Positions 1 through 12,140 of a stretch of DNA of 64,000 nt are shown here, one piece after another. The translations under genes and the position numbers were made by a program. Position 1 is the stretch's first letter; the number at the start of each line of letters is the position of its first letter. Location: NCBI GenBank assembly GCA_043228905.1, contig JBHGNT010000014.1:13516001-13580000 (forward strand), written 5' to 3'. This DNA is from Azolla caroliniana (taxonomy: Eukaryota > Plantae > Polypodiophyta). The notes under the pieces were generated by a model that was not told where the DNA came from, did not search any database, and saw nothing but the letters and a program-made list of their open reading frames with translations.

Positions 1-492
1 GAGGCCGACGCATCAGATTTCGCCCTCGGTAGCATCCTTTCTCAACAAGGCGATAAAGAAGAGTTGCATCCGGTGGCTTTCCATTCGCGCAAATTCAATG
101 TCGCAGAAATCAACTACGAAATACATGACAAGGAGTTATTAGCCATCGTGGATTCATTTGTACAATGGCGGCATTTCTTAGAGGGCTCTCCACATCAGGT
201 CATTGTCTTTAGCGATCATAAAAATCTTGCTTATTTTCAGAACGCTCGCGTACTAAATCGACGGCAAGCTCGGTGGGCGCAATTCCTCACGCGTTTCAAC
301 TTCGAAATCACATATCGACCGGGGAAGCAGCAAGGAAAAGCAGATGCACTATCACGGCGTTCATATCTTGCACCTCGTCCTGGTGACGCAACATTTGATA
401 ATCAAAAGCAAGTAATCTTGGGACCAACACGATTGCACACGACGCGGATTTTTCACACCCCGATGGATTCACGGATTACCGATGACATACGT
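1..492 (+). pseudogene. B pol, RNase H segment
   Basis: Frame 1 open from base 1: [30 protein letters not shown]. Confidence 0.9.
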
Positions 493-1284
493 TGTCGTGT
501 TATTACGCAAGTGCGTGTGGAAACGAGGCGGGACCGCGGGGGTCTCGAACCAAAGAGCAAGCGAGGGAGGAGAAAGAGAGAGAACCGGCTACGCAGGACC
601 GGGGATACACAGGGACACGGCCCTTCAGCACGGAGAACGCGAACGAACACCGACACAGACAGATGCGAATGACTAAATATATATATCAAGAATGGCTAAC
701 ACGACTACAACCCTCGATGGGGCACAGGTTGGTTACAACCGAACAGGCCGGCGAACAGATGCCGATGCCTGTTCGCTTCAACGCACAAAGGGGTTGCCGG
801 TCGGAGGTGCTGCCGGAAGCACTCGGGCGTTCCTCGAAACAGCGCAAGCCTCCTCGGAACCCTGCACAGAAAAGCTATGGAGCTCAAGAAGGAAGGAAAC
901 AGAGGGCGAAGCGTCCAGAAACGGTCCGACAACACTTCGTCCTCTCCACGCGAGATCCCCCTGCAATAGCTCTTTCCTGCTCCTTATATAGGCCGACGAG
1001 CAGGCCGTCACGTCAGCTTTATTCCCTGTCCCTTTTGGACAGGGATTCGCTTCGTCCTTCACGCATCCGCGTAGTTACGCCGCCGACTCGTACAGTTCCT
1101 TCGCTTGCGCGCGCGACCGAAAAGACTGTTCGCGCGGTCTTTGTCTCCACTCGTGTTAGGGCCCGTTCCCGCCGATTATCCTCCTAATTCGCTTCTATGT
1201 ACAACTCGGAGCGTGCGCGCGTGAAGAACCGGTTCCCACGCCTTGGTGCGCCGATTCCGCCTATGGACGGTTTTCTTCACGACA
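493..1284 (-). repeat. A1 3' LTR (792 bp)
   Basis: Matches 7006-7829 apart from one substitution I could see and a 32-bp tandem expansion; TATA-like CCTATATAAGG on the minus strand near 982-992. Confidence 0.96.
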
Positions 1285-4200
1285 TCCGCCCCCACCTAAC
1301 CGTGCATCCTCCGGTATGCACCAAGAGAGTTGGGACGGAGAAAACCGGCCCGTCTTCATTTCTTCGCCCGTCGGTTCTTCCTCGTTTTCGGATCTTTCGT
1401 CACTGCTGACTAGGAGAGCTGGGTCTGGCTCGTCGTCGTGTCGCTTCTTGAACGCTTTGATCCGCTTCCCTGCAACCGGTATCGCCATTCTCGTGCCGTC
1501 TAGTTCCGCCAGGTGATATGTTCCGTTGTCATTGGCGCTCCGCACCACGTAAGGCCCGAACCACCTTTGTGCGAACTTCCGTGTAGCTCGGTGCTGGTTG
1601 TCGAGGCTGCTGTCGTAGACGAGCACCCAGTCACCTTCGTCGATTTTCTTCGGTCGTAGCCGGTGCGTTCGGTCGAACCGGGCTTTGTTCTTTGTCCTCG
1701 CCACCCGGAGCTTCTCCGTAGCCAGTGCCACGTCCTCCGGTCTCCGCTCGAGCTGTCGTATACGTGCGGCCAACAACTCCTCCCGGCTCATCTCGTCCCT
1801 CCAGTCGACCGTTGCCCACGAGGAGATCGTCCGTTCAATCGGCATGATCGGCTTCTGGCCGAACATGAGCTCCGTCGGCATGTACCCGGTTACCGAACTG
1901 TGCGTGGTCCGGTCTGCCCACAAAGCATAAGGTAGCAGCCGCGGCCAGTTACCGACTCGGCCTCCGCATGCCCGAATCAACGCCTTGACGATCGGTCCGT
2001 GTCCGCGCTCCACCTTTCCATTCGCCTCCGGATTGTACGCAGTGGTGAGCGAGAGCTTGACTCCAAGCCGGTCGAACAGCTCCGCGGCCTCTTCGGCGTC
2101 CAACTCCCCTCGGTCAGCCACGATCTTCCCGACGCACCCGTACCGGCATATCACGTCCTCGACTAGGAACCGGCATACGGCCGCGGTCGTTTTGTTTGGA
2201 AGGGCCCGGCCTTCCACCTGGTTCGTCAGATCCTCCCGCGCTAGGACCAGGTACCGCATCTGTCCTATCCCCATTGGCATCGTCACCAGATCTACCATCC
2301 ATTTGGAGTGGATGGTCGGAGGGTACGTGGGGTGAAGCTCGTCCCGATGTCGGACTATGGAGTGCATCTGACAGCTCTCGCAAGTTGTCACGAACCGATG
2401 CACGTCCTGGTACTGCCCCGGCCACCAATACTTCCCCTTCAGTTTCTCAAACGTAGCCCATGTTCCCCGGTGTCCAGCCCAAGGGCTGTCGTGGTAGGCC
2501 GTCAGCAGCTCCTCCTGTTCTTCCTTCATCGCCACCACCCGGAGCGGAGCGCCGTCCCTCTTCTTCGGGTGCTTCCATAGATAGCCATCCCGCAGAAAGA
2601 ACCGGTACGCTTTCTTCCGGATCCGGTTGGCCTCGTCCTTCGTCCATGACGCATCGGGCGTCATTGTCTTCAAAAACCCACCGATCTGCAGCCACTCCCC
2701 GTCGTACTTGCTCGCGTCGAAGTCGTTAAGCGCCGGAGTGCTTGTTCCGTCGGTCGTTACACACGCAGTCTCGAAGAAGTCCACGCCGACCTCTTCGTCC
2801 TCCGAAACCATGCCGCCCTCGTCATCGAATCTCGCCCTTGAAAGCATGTCGGCCATGGCGTTGTCTTTCCCGGAAATGTGTCGTATTTCCGGGTCCAGGG
2901 ACTTGATGTACGCTATCCACCTGAGCATTGCCAGGTCCGGCGTCGTGCATCCGGAAACCATGCCGAGAATTGGCATGCAATCCGTCTCTATGATTACCTC
3001 CGTCCCGATCAGATAGTCCTTGTCGGCCTTCACCGCCGAAACGATACCCCAGAGTTCGCGTTTAACCTGGGCGTATCCTCGCTGCCGTTCGCTGAGGACC
3101 TTCGCGCCGAATCGGATCGGAAACCGATCGCCGTCCTCGTCTTCTTGGTTGACGACCCACCCGATTCCGGTCGGACTCGTGTCAACCGTTATGTACACTG
3201 GGGTGCCCTTCCTGTAGACGGCCTTTCGGAGCGCCGGTGCTGCCGAAAGAGCCTCCTTCAGCTTCCGGACCGACTCCGTGTGCTTGTCTAGCCATTCGAA
3301 TCTTCGCCCTTTCTTCAATAATCCGTACAGCGGCTCCGCGACGTGCGCGTAATGCGGGATCCATATGTGGTAGAAGGCGCATGCTCCCAAGAATCTTCGT
3401 ACTTCTGTGACCGAGCTGCAATCAGGCTTCATCGCGGAGATGGCTTCTATCTTTGCCGGAGACGGTTTCCGGCCATACGGTCCACATAAATGTCCGACCA
3501 CCATGATTTCCGACTGCCCGAACGCTGACTTCTCCCCCGAGAAGGTGAGCCTCGCATCCTCTAGCCTTTGCAGCACCTTCTCGCAGTCGTCGATGTGCGT
3601 TACCACGAATCGCCGGCATCCGTCCGGCCCGATCGTCTCGTCCTTCTCTTCTACCGGGCATCCCTTATTCGGGATGTCGTCTAGAAACGGCATGGTGATG
3701 TCCGGGATGCAGTCCCTCAGCACCTTGTTCATTGCATTCACCATGTGGGCCACCGAGTTGGTCCCTCCTTGCGGCAGCGTACACATCCGCACTAGGCCGA
3801 GGGGAGTTCGCATCGTCGTAATGTCTCTGCTCTCCACGGCTAGCTGGAACTGGTCGTACCCTGAATATAGATCACCGACCGAGTAAATCGACCTTCCGGC
3901 GAAGGCCTCCGCGAACTCGTCTATGGTCGGTCCGATCCCTGCGTTCCGAATGGTCACCCTATTGACCGGTTGCAGGTCCTGAATGAAGCGCAATGATCCG
4001 TTTTTCTTTGGTACCGTAAACCACCGGTTCGAGTACGGGGCGCTCGACGGCTCGAGAATGCCCATAACAACTTTCTGCTTCAACAGCTCCATCAACTTCG
4101 GGATGTGAGCTCTTGGAACCGGAATTGGCTTGAGATTCCACGGTACATGCGGTACCGTGAATATCACCATCGGCTCTACGATCGTCGGGTCTACGCACCC

Positions 4201-4845
4201 GATTTCCTCCGGTGAGAATGCGAAGGCTTTCCCGTGCCTTCCGAGCATCCTCCGAAACCGGTCTTCCTCCACCGGCAGTAGGAACCCGCCCCCACCTATC
4301 TTCAGCTCGCGGAGCGTCTCGTTGGTGAAGGTGTGTCCTATGCAGGCCGGATCTCGTAAGCTGGGGTCCGATGCAACCCCTTTGATCCGGGATTCGCTGC
4401 CCTCCGGTAAGGGCGCCGCAACCGGCCTCACCTTCCGGTCCACAGTCTTGTACTTGGTGCCAACTCGGGCCGTCCGTTCCGACTCGAGCCCTCGACCGAA
4501 GTCCGCGATGACTTCGTACATTTCTTCGGAGCATACCGGTATCGTCCGGTCTTCGTTAAGGTCTTCTTCGACTACCTTCCCCAGCATTCCCAAGGTGTCG
4601 TCGAAGGAGACTGCCTCCACGGCTCCGTTGATTTCTTCGTCAGGGCCGAGAACTCCGCACGCTCGAAGTCTCCCCTCCGTCTTTGTTTTCTCTCGGCCGG
4701 CGATGCCGACCCTCTTACATGCTCCGCTGTCGGAGAAGCAAAATTTCCTACCTATTGTACACGGTTTTCTCGTACAGATGTGGGGTTTTCCCGGAGCATC
4801 CGGACTGTCGCGGCCCCACGCCTTGGCAGTCCTCTCTAAAAATCC
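1261..4845 (-). CDS. A1 pol (RT, RNase H, integrase), probably expressed by -1 frameshift from gag-PR
   Basis: RT motifs DLYSGYDQ, LPQG and FLDD; RNase H VDTS...NAMADMLSR; IN H-H-C-C, DLV, DRG...VERG, GPY. The frame is open from the slippery site to a stop inside the 3' LTR. Confidence 0.92.
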   Translation of the reverse strand, partial: GFLERTAKAWGRDSPDAPGKPHICTRKPCTIGRKFCFSDSGACKRVGIAGREKTKTEGRLRACGVLGPDEEINGAVEAVSFDDTLGMLGKVVEEDLNEDRTIPVCSEEMYEVIADFGRGLESERTARVGTKYKTVDRKVRPVAAPLPEGSESRIKGVASDPSLRDPACIGHTFTNETLRELKIGGGGFLLPVEEDRFRRMLGRHGKAFAFSPEEIGCVDPTIVEPMVIFTVPHVPWNLKPIPVPRAHIPKLMELLKQKVVMGILEPSSAPYSNRWFTVPKKNGSLRFIQDLQPVNRVTIRNAGIGPTIDEFAEAFAGRSIYSVGDLYSGYDQFQLAVESRDITTMRTPLGLVRMCTLPQGGTNSVAHMVNAMNKVLRDCIPDITMPFLDDIPNKGCPVEEKDETIGPDGCRRFVVTHIDDCEKVLQRLEDARLTFSGEKSAFGQSEIMVVGHLCGPYGRKPSPAKIEAISAMKPDCSSVTEVRRFLGACAFYHIWIPHYAHVAEPLYGLLKKGRRFEWLDKHTESVRKLKEALSAAPALRKAVYRKGTPVYITVDTSPTGIGWVVNQEDEDGDRFPIRFGAKVLSERQRGYAQVKRELWGIVSAVKADKDYLIGTEVIIETDCMPILGMVSGCTTPDLAMLRWIAYIKSLDPEIRHISGKDNAMADMLSRARFDDEGGMVSEDEEVGVDFFETACVTTDGTSTPALNDFDASKYDGEWLQIGGFLKTMTPDASWTKDEANRIRKKAYRFFLRDGYLWKHPKKRDGAPLRVVAMKEEQEELLTAYHDSPWAGHRGTWATFEKLKGKYWWPGQYQDVHRFVTTCESCQMHSIVRHRDELHPTYPPTIHSKWMVDLVTMPMGIGQMRYLVLAREDLTNQVEGRALPNKTTAAVCRFLVEDVICRYGCVGKIVADRGELDAEEAAELFDRLGVKLSLTTAYNPEANGKVERGHGPIVKALIRACGGRVGNWPRLLPYALWADRTTHSSVTGYMPTELMFGQKPIMPIERTISSWATVDWRDEMSREELLAARIRQLERRPEDVALATEKLRVARTKNKARFDRTHRLRPKKIDEGDWVLVYDSSLDNQHRATRKFAQRWFGPYVVRSANDNGTYHLAELDGTRMAIPVAGKRIKAFKKRHDDEPDPALLVSSDERSENEEEPTGEEMKTGRFSPSQLSWCIPEDARLGGGGCREENRP

Positions 4846-6962
4846 TCTCGGTTTTCGGAACCGAGGGAGTCGCGGTTACGTTCGTGGTTCGGCCGTACCG
4901 TCAGAAACTGGACCGAATGGCGCCCGTCTTGGCTTTTGACCCTCGCGTAGGCCGAACCATTGTCCAACACCTTGGTCTCCATCCGCGCCGCCGTGATGTA
5001 CGGCTCTCCCAGTATGACCGGATGCGAAGACGTCTCCTGCACGAAGAAGTGCTGGTCAATCTCGACGTCGCCGATCTTGACTCGCACATTCGGACAGGCC
5101 CCGTGCAGCTCCTCGGTGGCGCGCGTTGCCGCCCTTATTTTCCACCCGTGCTTGGTGTTGATCGGCCATTTGCCCTTCTTATAGAAGTCCATGGACATCA
5201 AGTTGATCTCCGATCCGTGGTCCACCAAAGCTATCACCGGTTCCTGGACACCGCCGATCTTCACCGGGGTTTCCGTGGTCGCTCGGGCCCAGTGTGGTCT
5301 CGAATAGTGGCTTTCCGCCCACTCGTCTCCCAGCGCCATGTCGTCTAGGTGCGTCGTCCGCACTTCCACTGGTCTTTCCGGTTCTGTCTCCGTTGACAGC
5401 CTCTTCCGTTTCACCAAGTCCACGATGGAGTCGTGGAACTCCTTCTTGGCGATTCCCAGCACCTCTCGTAACGACAGCTCCACCTTGCTGTCAAGGATCC
5501 GTTCCTCCAGGACCTTTCGTAAGTCCGTGGTTCTTTCTATCTCCGTCCCCAGACGGTACCCACCCTTCTGGGGTTTATCTTGCGTACCGGCCCCGCCGGC
5601 TTCGTCCCGTCGTGGCCCGGACCGGGTCTCGTATCGTTGTGAGGGCCCGGTCGTCCCGGGTTTCCCCACCCGCTTCTCTTCTACCAGAGCCTCGTAGTTC
5701 CGGCAAGCGGCTTCCACGAAGCCCGTCTTTTCCTCGACCGGGTCGCTCCACCCGGTCATCTCCCGTACCCGTTTCTCCGCACGGTCCGATTCCTCCCCTT
5801 TAAGCCCTGCACCGGCAAGGCCTTCTAGCATCGTCGGCCAGAATCCGGCTTTGCTTTCCTTTCAGCCCTCGCCGCCCCCAACTCGAATGCCGGCCGACGC
5901 CGAGTAGTGGACGGTTTCCGCGTGTCGGGCCGCCGCCTCTTCCATCAACCTTTTCATACCACCTCGCCCGTCGTTTCGGCTCAGGGCCCTTCGGGTGTCG
6001 CTGGCATGCACCCGTCCTTCCCACAGGTACACCACCCTGTTCCTCAGCGCCTCCGCGAAGTCGCCGCAGTCCTTCCGAATGTGGCCGACTTCATCGCACC
6101 ACATGCACCTGTTTCCTGCCGCCGGCCGTCGGTCACGAGCCGGTTCGCCTCCTTCCCTTCGGGCCTGCGCGATTTGGAGGTCCTTTATCGCCTTCGTCAA
6201 TTCCTCCAGCGCCGCTCCTCCGGTTGAGCCTCTGACTACGCCGGTCGAAGCCGAACCCGTTTCCAACCACTCTCGGGTCTCTTCCTTTCGCACCTGTGGC
6301 GCTGGTTCGAGCTTCCTTGCTGCGACCGAGCCCGACCCGGTTGCCCCGTTATCCGCCCATTCTCGCCGTTTGTCGAAACGGCCACAGACCTTCCTGACAG
6401 CCGCCCAGTCGGTAGTGAGCCCGTCTTCGGTTTCCAGCAAGAGGCCCACTTGCTCCCGATCCCGCTCGTCGACCGACTTGACAAACAGTAAGACCCGGCT
6501 CGTGTCCAGGATGGTTCGGTCGAGCGCCGAAAGGCGCGCAAAGTTTTCCTCGAACTCCCGGAGGAGTGCCGACGCGTTTCTTCCCTTCCCCGGGGATTCC
6601 ACCCATTCCATGAACCTTCGCTTCGAAAGCCGGAGCGCGTCGTCCAGCCCGTATTTCTCTAGGAGCCGACCTTCGAACTCTTCCCAGGTACGGCTCTCCG
6701 CCCGCACCTCGAGCACCTCCGCATGGATGCTCGGCATTGCCACTCGGGGAAATCCGGCAAGACGCCTTTCTTCCGGAATGTCCCGCATCAGCATTTCTGC
6801 ACCGTAGGACGCCAGATACTTCGTGGCATCCCTCCCATCGAACCGGCCGATTGTGCCGACGACCGCCTCAATAGCTCTGTCGAGGGCACCGGTGCCCTCG
6901 CGCGCGTTTACAATCCGATCCACGGCCGAAGCCATGGCCTCTGCAAGATCCGACCCCCTCAT
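4836..6962 (-). pseudogene. A1 gag-protease ORF with one in-frame premature TGA at 5862-5864 (CGA in A2)
   Basis: Colinear with the intact 709-codon A2 ORF; CX2CX4HX4C knuckle CMWCDEVGHIRKDC; protease motif LVDHGSEINL. Confidence 0.92.
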
Positions 6963-6985
6963 CTTCTGCTCTTCTGCCGCCTCCT

Positions 6986-7002
6986 TCACGTCGGGTTCAC
7001 CA
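6986..7002 (-). other. A1 primer-binding site complementary to the tRNA-Trp 3' end
   Basis: TGGTGAACCCGACGTGA 3 nt inside the 5' LTR, the complement of ...UCACGUCGGGUUCACCA (plant cytosolic tRNA-Trp, recalled from memory). Confidence 0.85.
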
Positions 7003-7005
7003 AGA

Positions 7006-7829
7006 TGTCGTGTTATTACGCAAGTGCGTGTGGAAACGAGGCGGGACCGCGGGGGTCTCGAACCAAAGAGCAAGCGAGGGAGGAGAAAGAGAGAGAACCG
7101 GCTACGCAGGACCGGGGATACACAGGGACACGGCCCTTCAGCACGGAGAACGCGAACGAACACCGACACAGACAGATGCGAATGACTAAATATATATATC
7201 AAGAATGGCTAACACGACTACAACCCTCGATGGGGCACAGGTTGGTTACAACCGAACAGGCCGGCGAACAGATGCCGATGCCTGTTCGCTTCAACGCACA
7301 AAGGGGTTGCCGGTCGGAGGTGCTGCCGGAAGCACTCGGGCGTTCCTCGAAACAGCGCAAGCCTCCTCGGAACCCTGCACAGAAAAGCTATGGAGCTCAA
7401 GAAGGAAGGAAACAGAGGGCGAAGCGTCCAGAAACGGTCCGACAACACTTCGTCCTCTCCACGCGAGATCCCCCTGCAATAGCTCTTTCCTGCTCCTTAT
7501 ATAGGCCGACGAGCAGGCCGTCACGTCAGCTTTATTCCCTGTCCCTTTTGGACAGGGATTCGCTTCGTCCTTCACGCATCCGCGTAGTTACGCATCCGCG
7601 TAGTTACGCATCCGCGTAGTTACGCCGCCGACTCGTACAGTTCCTTCGCTCGCGCGCGCGACCGAAAAGACTGTTCGCGCGGTCTTTGTCTCCACTCGTG
7701 TTAGGGCCCGTTCCCGCCGATTATCCTCCTAATTCGCTTCTATGTACAACTCGGAGCGTGCGCGCGTGAAGAACCGGTTCCCACGCCTTGGTGCGCCGAT
7801 TCCGCCTATGGACGGTTTTCTTCACGACA
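7006..7829 (-). repeat. A1 5' LTR (824 bp) with three copies of a 16-bp unit at 7574-7621
   Basis: ACGCATCCGCGTAGTT x3 here versus x1 in the 3' LTR. Confidence 0.96.
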
Positions 7830-7833
7830 ACGT

Positions 7834-9315
7834 GCAACCTTGAAGACGGATAGTTTTGCTCAAGACATCCTGGCGCACATTGATACTTCTCGGGCATCCT
7901 GTTCTCAGTCTCAACAACCAGGTATTGACTACCGACAATTCGAATATCATGATGGTTTGTTATTCTTTAAAAAGCGCGTATATGTCCCCGATTGCTCCTG
8001 TCGCCTTCAAATCGTCCAACATTGTCACGACACCCATACGGCGGGACATTTCGGTAGTACCAAGACGTTGGAGTTAGTGCAGCGATCTTTTTGGTGGCCC
8101 CACATGCGCCGTTTTGTCGACGACTACGTTCAGACCTGTGATGCTTGCTGCTGAGCAAAGATGCCACGACACCATCCATATGGCTTGTTGGAACCTTTAC
8201 CAATTCCAAGTAAGCCATGGCAGTCTATTTGTCTTGATTTTATTACAGATCTGTCGGTCTCGAAGGGGTTCGATGCTATCCTAACCGTCGTCGATCGATA
8301 TACGAAGATGGCACATTTTGTGCCATGTACTAAAGCCATCACTAGCGAGGAAACCGCCGCTCTTGTTATGCGTGAGGTATTTCGGCATCATGGCCTACCA
8401 GACAGTATTGTCAGTGACCGAGGCCCGCAATTTGTCTCCAAATTTTGGCAGCATCTCTTCAAGATGCTCAAGGTCTCCTGCAACCTCTCCTCCGGCTACC
8501 ATCCTCAAACTGACGGACAGGCGGAATGAACAAACCAAACGTTGGAGCAATATCTCCGGTGTTTCCTGAGTTATCAACAGGACGATTGGGCCAAGATTCT
8601 CCACTTTGCGGAGTTTGCGTATAATAATGCTATTCACTCCTCGACTCGGGTCTCCCCATTTCTCGCTTATACCGGTTTCCATCCTCGCTGGTCGGTGATC
8701 GACACTCCGGAGCTACCTACCAACCCTCGTGCCGAGGACCATTTGGAGAGGCTATGCAAGATCCAGATGGATCTCTCTACTCACCTTCGTCATGCTCAAC
8801 ACACACAGAAGACTTATGCGGATCGTCATCGGATTCCCTCCTCTTTTGCCATCGGAGATCGAGTATGGCTCTTACGTCGTCACATCAAGACTACTCGACC
8901 GTGCGACAAGTTGGATTATCGACGACTCGGTCCTTTCCGTATTACGGGGAAGATTAATGATGTCACCTTCCGCCTGGATCTCCCTCCGCAGCTTCAGATA
9001 CATCCGGTTTTCCATTGTTCTCTTCTTGAACCTTATAAAGCAAACACCATTCCCGATCGTGTGACACCACCGCCGCCCCCGCTGGAGTTGGACGCCGGCC
9101 CGGAGTATGAAGTTGCTGCCATCCTCGATTCCAAACTTGTTCGCAACAAACTTTATTACTTGGTCGATTGGCTCGGTTATAGTCCGAGCGAACGTACTTG
9201 GGAACCCGTCGAGAATGTTGCCAATGCACAAGATCTCCTTGCTGATTTCCACCGAAAGTATCCGGACAAACCCGGTCCGCAGTTAGCGCCGACTCGTTCC
9301 ACTCGTCGTCTTTAA
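7834..9315 (+). pseudogene. B integrase plus chromodomain, with two premature TGA stops (about 8152 and 8527)
   Basis: HDTHTAGH...CDAC, LDFIT, SDRGPQF...GQAE, GPF, EYEVAAILDSK...YYLVDWLGYSPSERTWEP. Confidence 0.92.
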
Positions 9316-9326
9316 GGGGGAGATAG

Positions 9327-9760
9327 TGTCATGGCAAGACTCGAACCCATGACTTTATGCTACATGGGTCGAGCTCTTACCATTAGATTAGGAATTGTAT
9401 TTTGTAGGATATTATTTTCATTTATACTTTATCATAGAAAATTGATGTATATTCCAGATCTCTCTGGAACATTCTAGAAGCTTAAAGATTATTTCTAAAA
9501 ACACTATAAAAGGAGGCACAAGGCATTGTTTTGAACCAAATTGGTTCAACACCAGTCTTAAGCCTCTTAGCCGATTTGTACTTATCTTTCATATAATATA
9601 AGAGCTGCTGTCATCATCCTATTTCTCTCTCTCTCCTCTTCTCACTTCCTCTCTCTCGGGAATCTTACGCAGTCCTGTCTTCTTAGTACTAATAGTACTA
9701 CTCTTCTTAGTACTAATTCCATCTCTGCTTTAGTACTATTCCTGATAGTACCACTTTACA
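9327..9760 (+). repeat. B 3' LTR (about 434 bp)
   Basis: Starts TGTCA right after the PPT AAGGGGGAGATAG; TATAAAA at about 9505; ends TTACA. The right end is inferred because the partner LTR is outside the window. Confidence 0.75.
9338..9390 (-). promoter_or_regulatory. tRNA-type Pol III A/B-box cassette in the B LTR U3 (antisense)
   Basis: A box TAATCTAATGG and B box GGTTCGAGTC with starts 43 nt apart. Confidence 0.5.
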
Positions 9761-10474
9761 TGCAAGTGTCCCACCTATGCCAAGATAAGGGCAAAATACC
9801 AAGACATACTTGGTTCCTCTCCTACCCTCCCCAAACTATTAGATACTCTACATATATAGAAATTAGGCAGATACATCCTAGAGCTAAAACAACACAAAGA
9901 GAATAAGTTACAAAATGTTGACAATAATGTTGCTAATGCTCACCAACATGTAAGAAATGAAGTTTTTTGGGAACAGGGGGAGACAACGAATGTCGACACA
10001 CCTGCACCATTCGGCCTTTTGCTTGATGAAGCAGAAAACAAAAGAAGAACCAAACGCCATGAGATGCCGGGTTTCAAAGCAACTCTAGGTGGTGTAAAAG
10101 CAATAAAGAAAATAAGGGAACGTGAGCTACACTGCCTACAAACCATGGCTAGGGCACTTTATACACTGAGACCATGGGTCACACCCACACCAAAACCCTT
10201 TGACCTCCCACTTCTTTTCGAGAGGCTTGGGTGGAAATGAAATTAGGCTTAGTGCAAATTCACTTCCTTTTATCGAGTATACCACGTTTTGCACACTACT
10301 GGAACTCTTTTAGTTTATGTTCTATTTTTACTTTATTTTATTTTAGTTTTGATGATTGGATAAATACCAAATTTGTTGTAAACCAACTATCTCATGGGCC
10401 AATTTTGGCCTTAAGAAGACGTTAATATATCTTTCTTTTTTTCTTTCTTTCTCTATCTCTCTCTCTCTCTCTCT
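9761..10474 (+). mobile_element. Probable 3' end of a non-LTR element ending in a hairpin, GAAGACGTTAATA and a (TTCT/CT)n tail
   Basis: The 3' terminus at 10390-10470 is homologous to the LINE 3' end at 14295-14394; the upstream short ORF is unassigned. Confidence 0.45.
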
Positions 10475-10779
10475 TGACATTGTGACGTGAGATGGGGCAT
10501 TGGGGCACAAGTGATGAGAGTGGTTGACTATACACACTTTACCCTAAACAAGTTCGAGAGTCTAAGTATCACACTTTGATACACTGGTCTGCCTTTGATC
10601 ATTTTCGACCATGCGTTCCATACATCTTCGACCAAGCTTAATCCTTGCACGAATTTCTCTCACAATCACACTATGCACTCTCAATGGCAACATTCACTAG
10701 TAAAGTTCTTGAACATTGAGAGTCACTACTCACTTTCACACGTACACGTGAAATGTAATATTTTTTATCTCACAAGTCA
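10475..10779 (+). mobile_element. Truncated LINE fragment, same family as 13648-14394
   Basis: Aligns with about 14015-14308; cut by the copia H LTR. Confidence 0.75.
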
Positions 10780-12099
10780 TGAGGGACAAATATGCGCGAA
10801 AACGTATGTGATGGCTTGTTGGTTATGCTCAGCAAACAACACAGAAGGAGTGCAAGAAGATATAGACACACGGATGAAACTTTAATGGAAGCTCTCTTTA
10901 TTTCTGTTCTCTCTCTCTCTAAGAGACTTGATGTTACAAGATGATCAAGAGCTCTATCTTTACAATGTTAGGTTATCGTTTATATACTAAACCCTAACTC
11001 TTTAGACGAGTTCACACTAGGATACAAAGTGGAAGGAGTCGGCCTTTTATGCCAACAAACTCCCCAGTAAAAGGACTACTCTTTCCTACATGTACATGTG
11101 TTTGGGGTTATCTCCCTCGTAAACCTAGATTACAATACTAATCTAAATTTGTGTTACAAGTAGGTCGACATATAGCCGAGTCGGTAGAGGTGAGGTCTGT
11201 GTCAAGCCTAGCCTGGCTCATTATCATGATTGATTCGGTCGACTCTTACCTTTTGTTCCTCGTTCAGCTTTCTTCTGCTCAGTCGCTTGCCGCAGTCCCA
11301 TCTTTGTCCTTAGTGCTCCGAAGCATTGATCTGAGAGTGGCTTCGTTAGGCAATCGACGATGTTCACCTCGGTGTCGATGTTCCGAACTTCAAGCCTCAT
11401 CTCGGTTGTGAGCTCTCGGATGTGATGATACCGCACCTCAATATGCTTTGTCTTTGCATGATAGACATGATTGTTGGTCGGTCAATTCGGCCTGTGGCTG
11501 AAAAGTTGGCAAACAGTCGGTGCAACCAGATCGCTTCCTTCGTTGTCTTCGATGTTGTTATGTACTCAGCCTCCGTGGTTGATAGGGCCATACACTCTTG
11601 AAGTTTTGACCTCCATGATATAGCACCATCACCATAGGTGAAGACATGCATGGGTCAGAGTCAGATCGGCGGTATCCAAGCTACCTAATGTAGGAGTCGA
11701 ACTTCTGGTACCACATCCTCGACGCTTGTTTCAAGCCATAGAGGCTTTTCTTCAGTCGACATACGAGGTGACTTTCCTCCCCTATCGCCGTGAAGCCTGT
11801 GTTGGGAGACAGGTCCCTCCGGATGGGAAGGGAGAAGAATAGTGCTGATGAACAAACTCGGCCGAGGCCGAGGCCGAAATTGGATGAGGAGTACCCGGCT
11901 ACGGAGAGCCGGATGGTGCAGACCCGGTGAGGAGTGCTCACCGGATGAAGAGACATATTCGTAAATATGTTTATGAGAGTCCATCATGGCTATATTTGTA
12001 AATAGCCGAAAAGTCATATTAGTATAAATATGACTTAGGGCAAACTTTTAGTGGTTGTTATTCTTGTTGGTGCAAGAAGAGAGTGAGCACGTAACCGTG

Positions 12100-12140
<41 letters not shown>

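Larger units (their letters stand above)
493..7829 (-). mobile_element. Element A1: full-length GC-rich Ty3/gypsy LTR retrotransposon with a 4-bp TSD ACGT (489-492 / 7830-7833)
   Basis: Two near-identical LTRs with TGTCGTG...CACGACA termini, PBS, PPT (about 1285-1298), gag-PR and RT-RH-IN frames. Confidence 0.97.
1..9760 (+). mobile_element. Element B: Ty3/gypsy chromovirus (Tcn1/Tf2-like), 5' part outside the window, interrupted by A1 at 493-7829
   Basis: RNase H ([10 protein letters not shown]...[13 protein letters not shown]...KADALSRR), integrase HHCC/DDE, GPF motif, C-terminal chromodomain, PPT at about 9314-9326 and a 3' LTR. The frame D-D-I-R-A-T-L-K is restored when A1 and one ACGT copy are removed. 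Confidence 0.93.

Noticed and set aside
492-1187. ORFs within A LTRs, and the ORF-track extension of gag into the LTR (to 7202)
   Set aside because: Frames differ between A1 and A2 LTRs because of indels, so they are not conserved.
4130-6807. Long antisense ORFs (269 aa, 270 aa) present in both A copies
   Set aside because: Expected shadows of GC-rich coding sequence; the copies are too similar for shared openness to imply selection, and no recognisable motifs are present.
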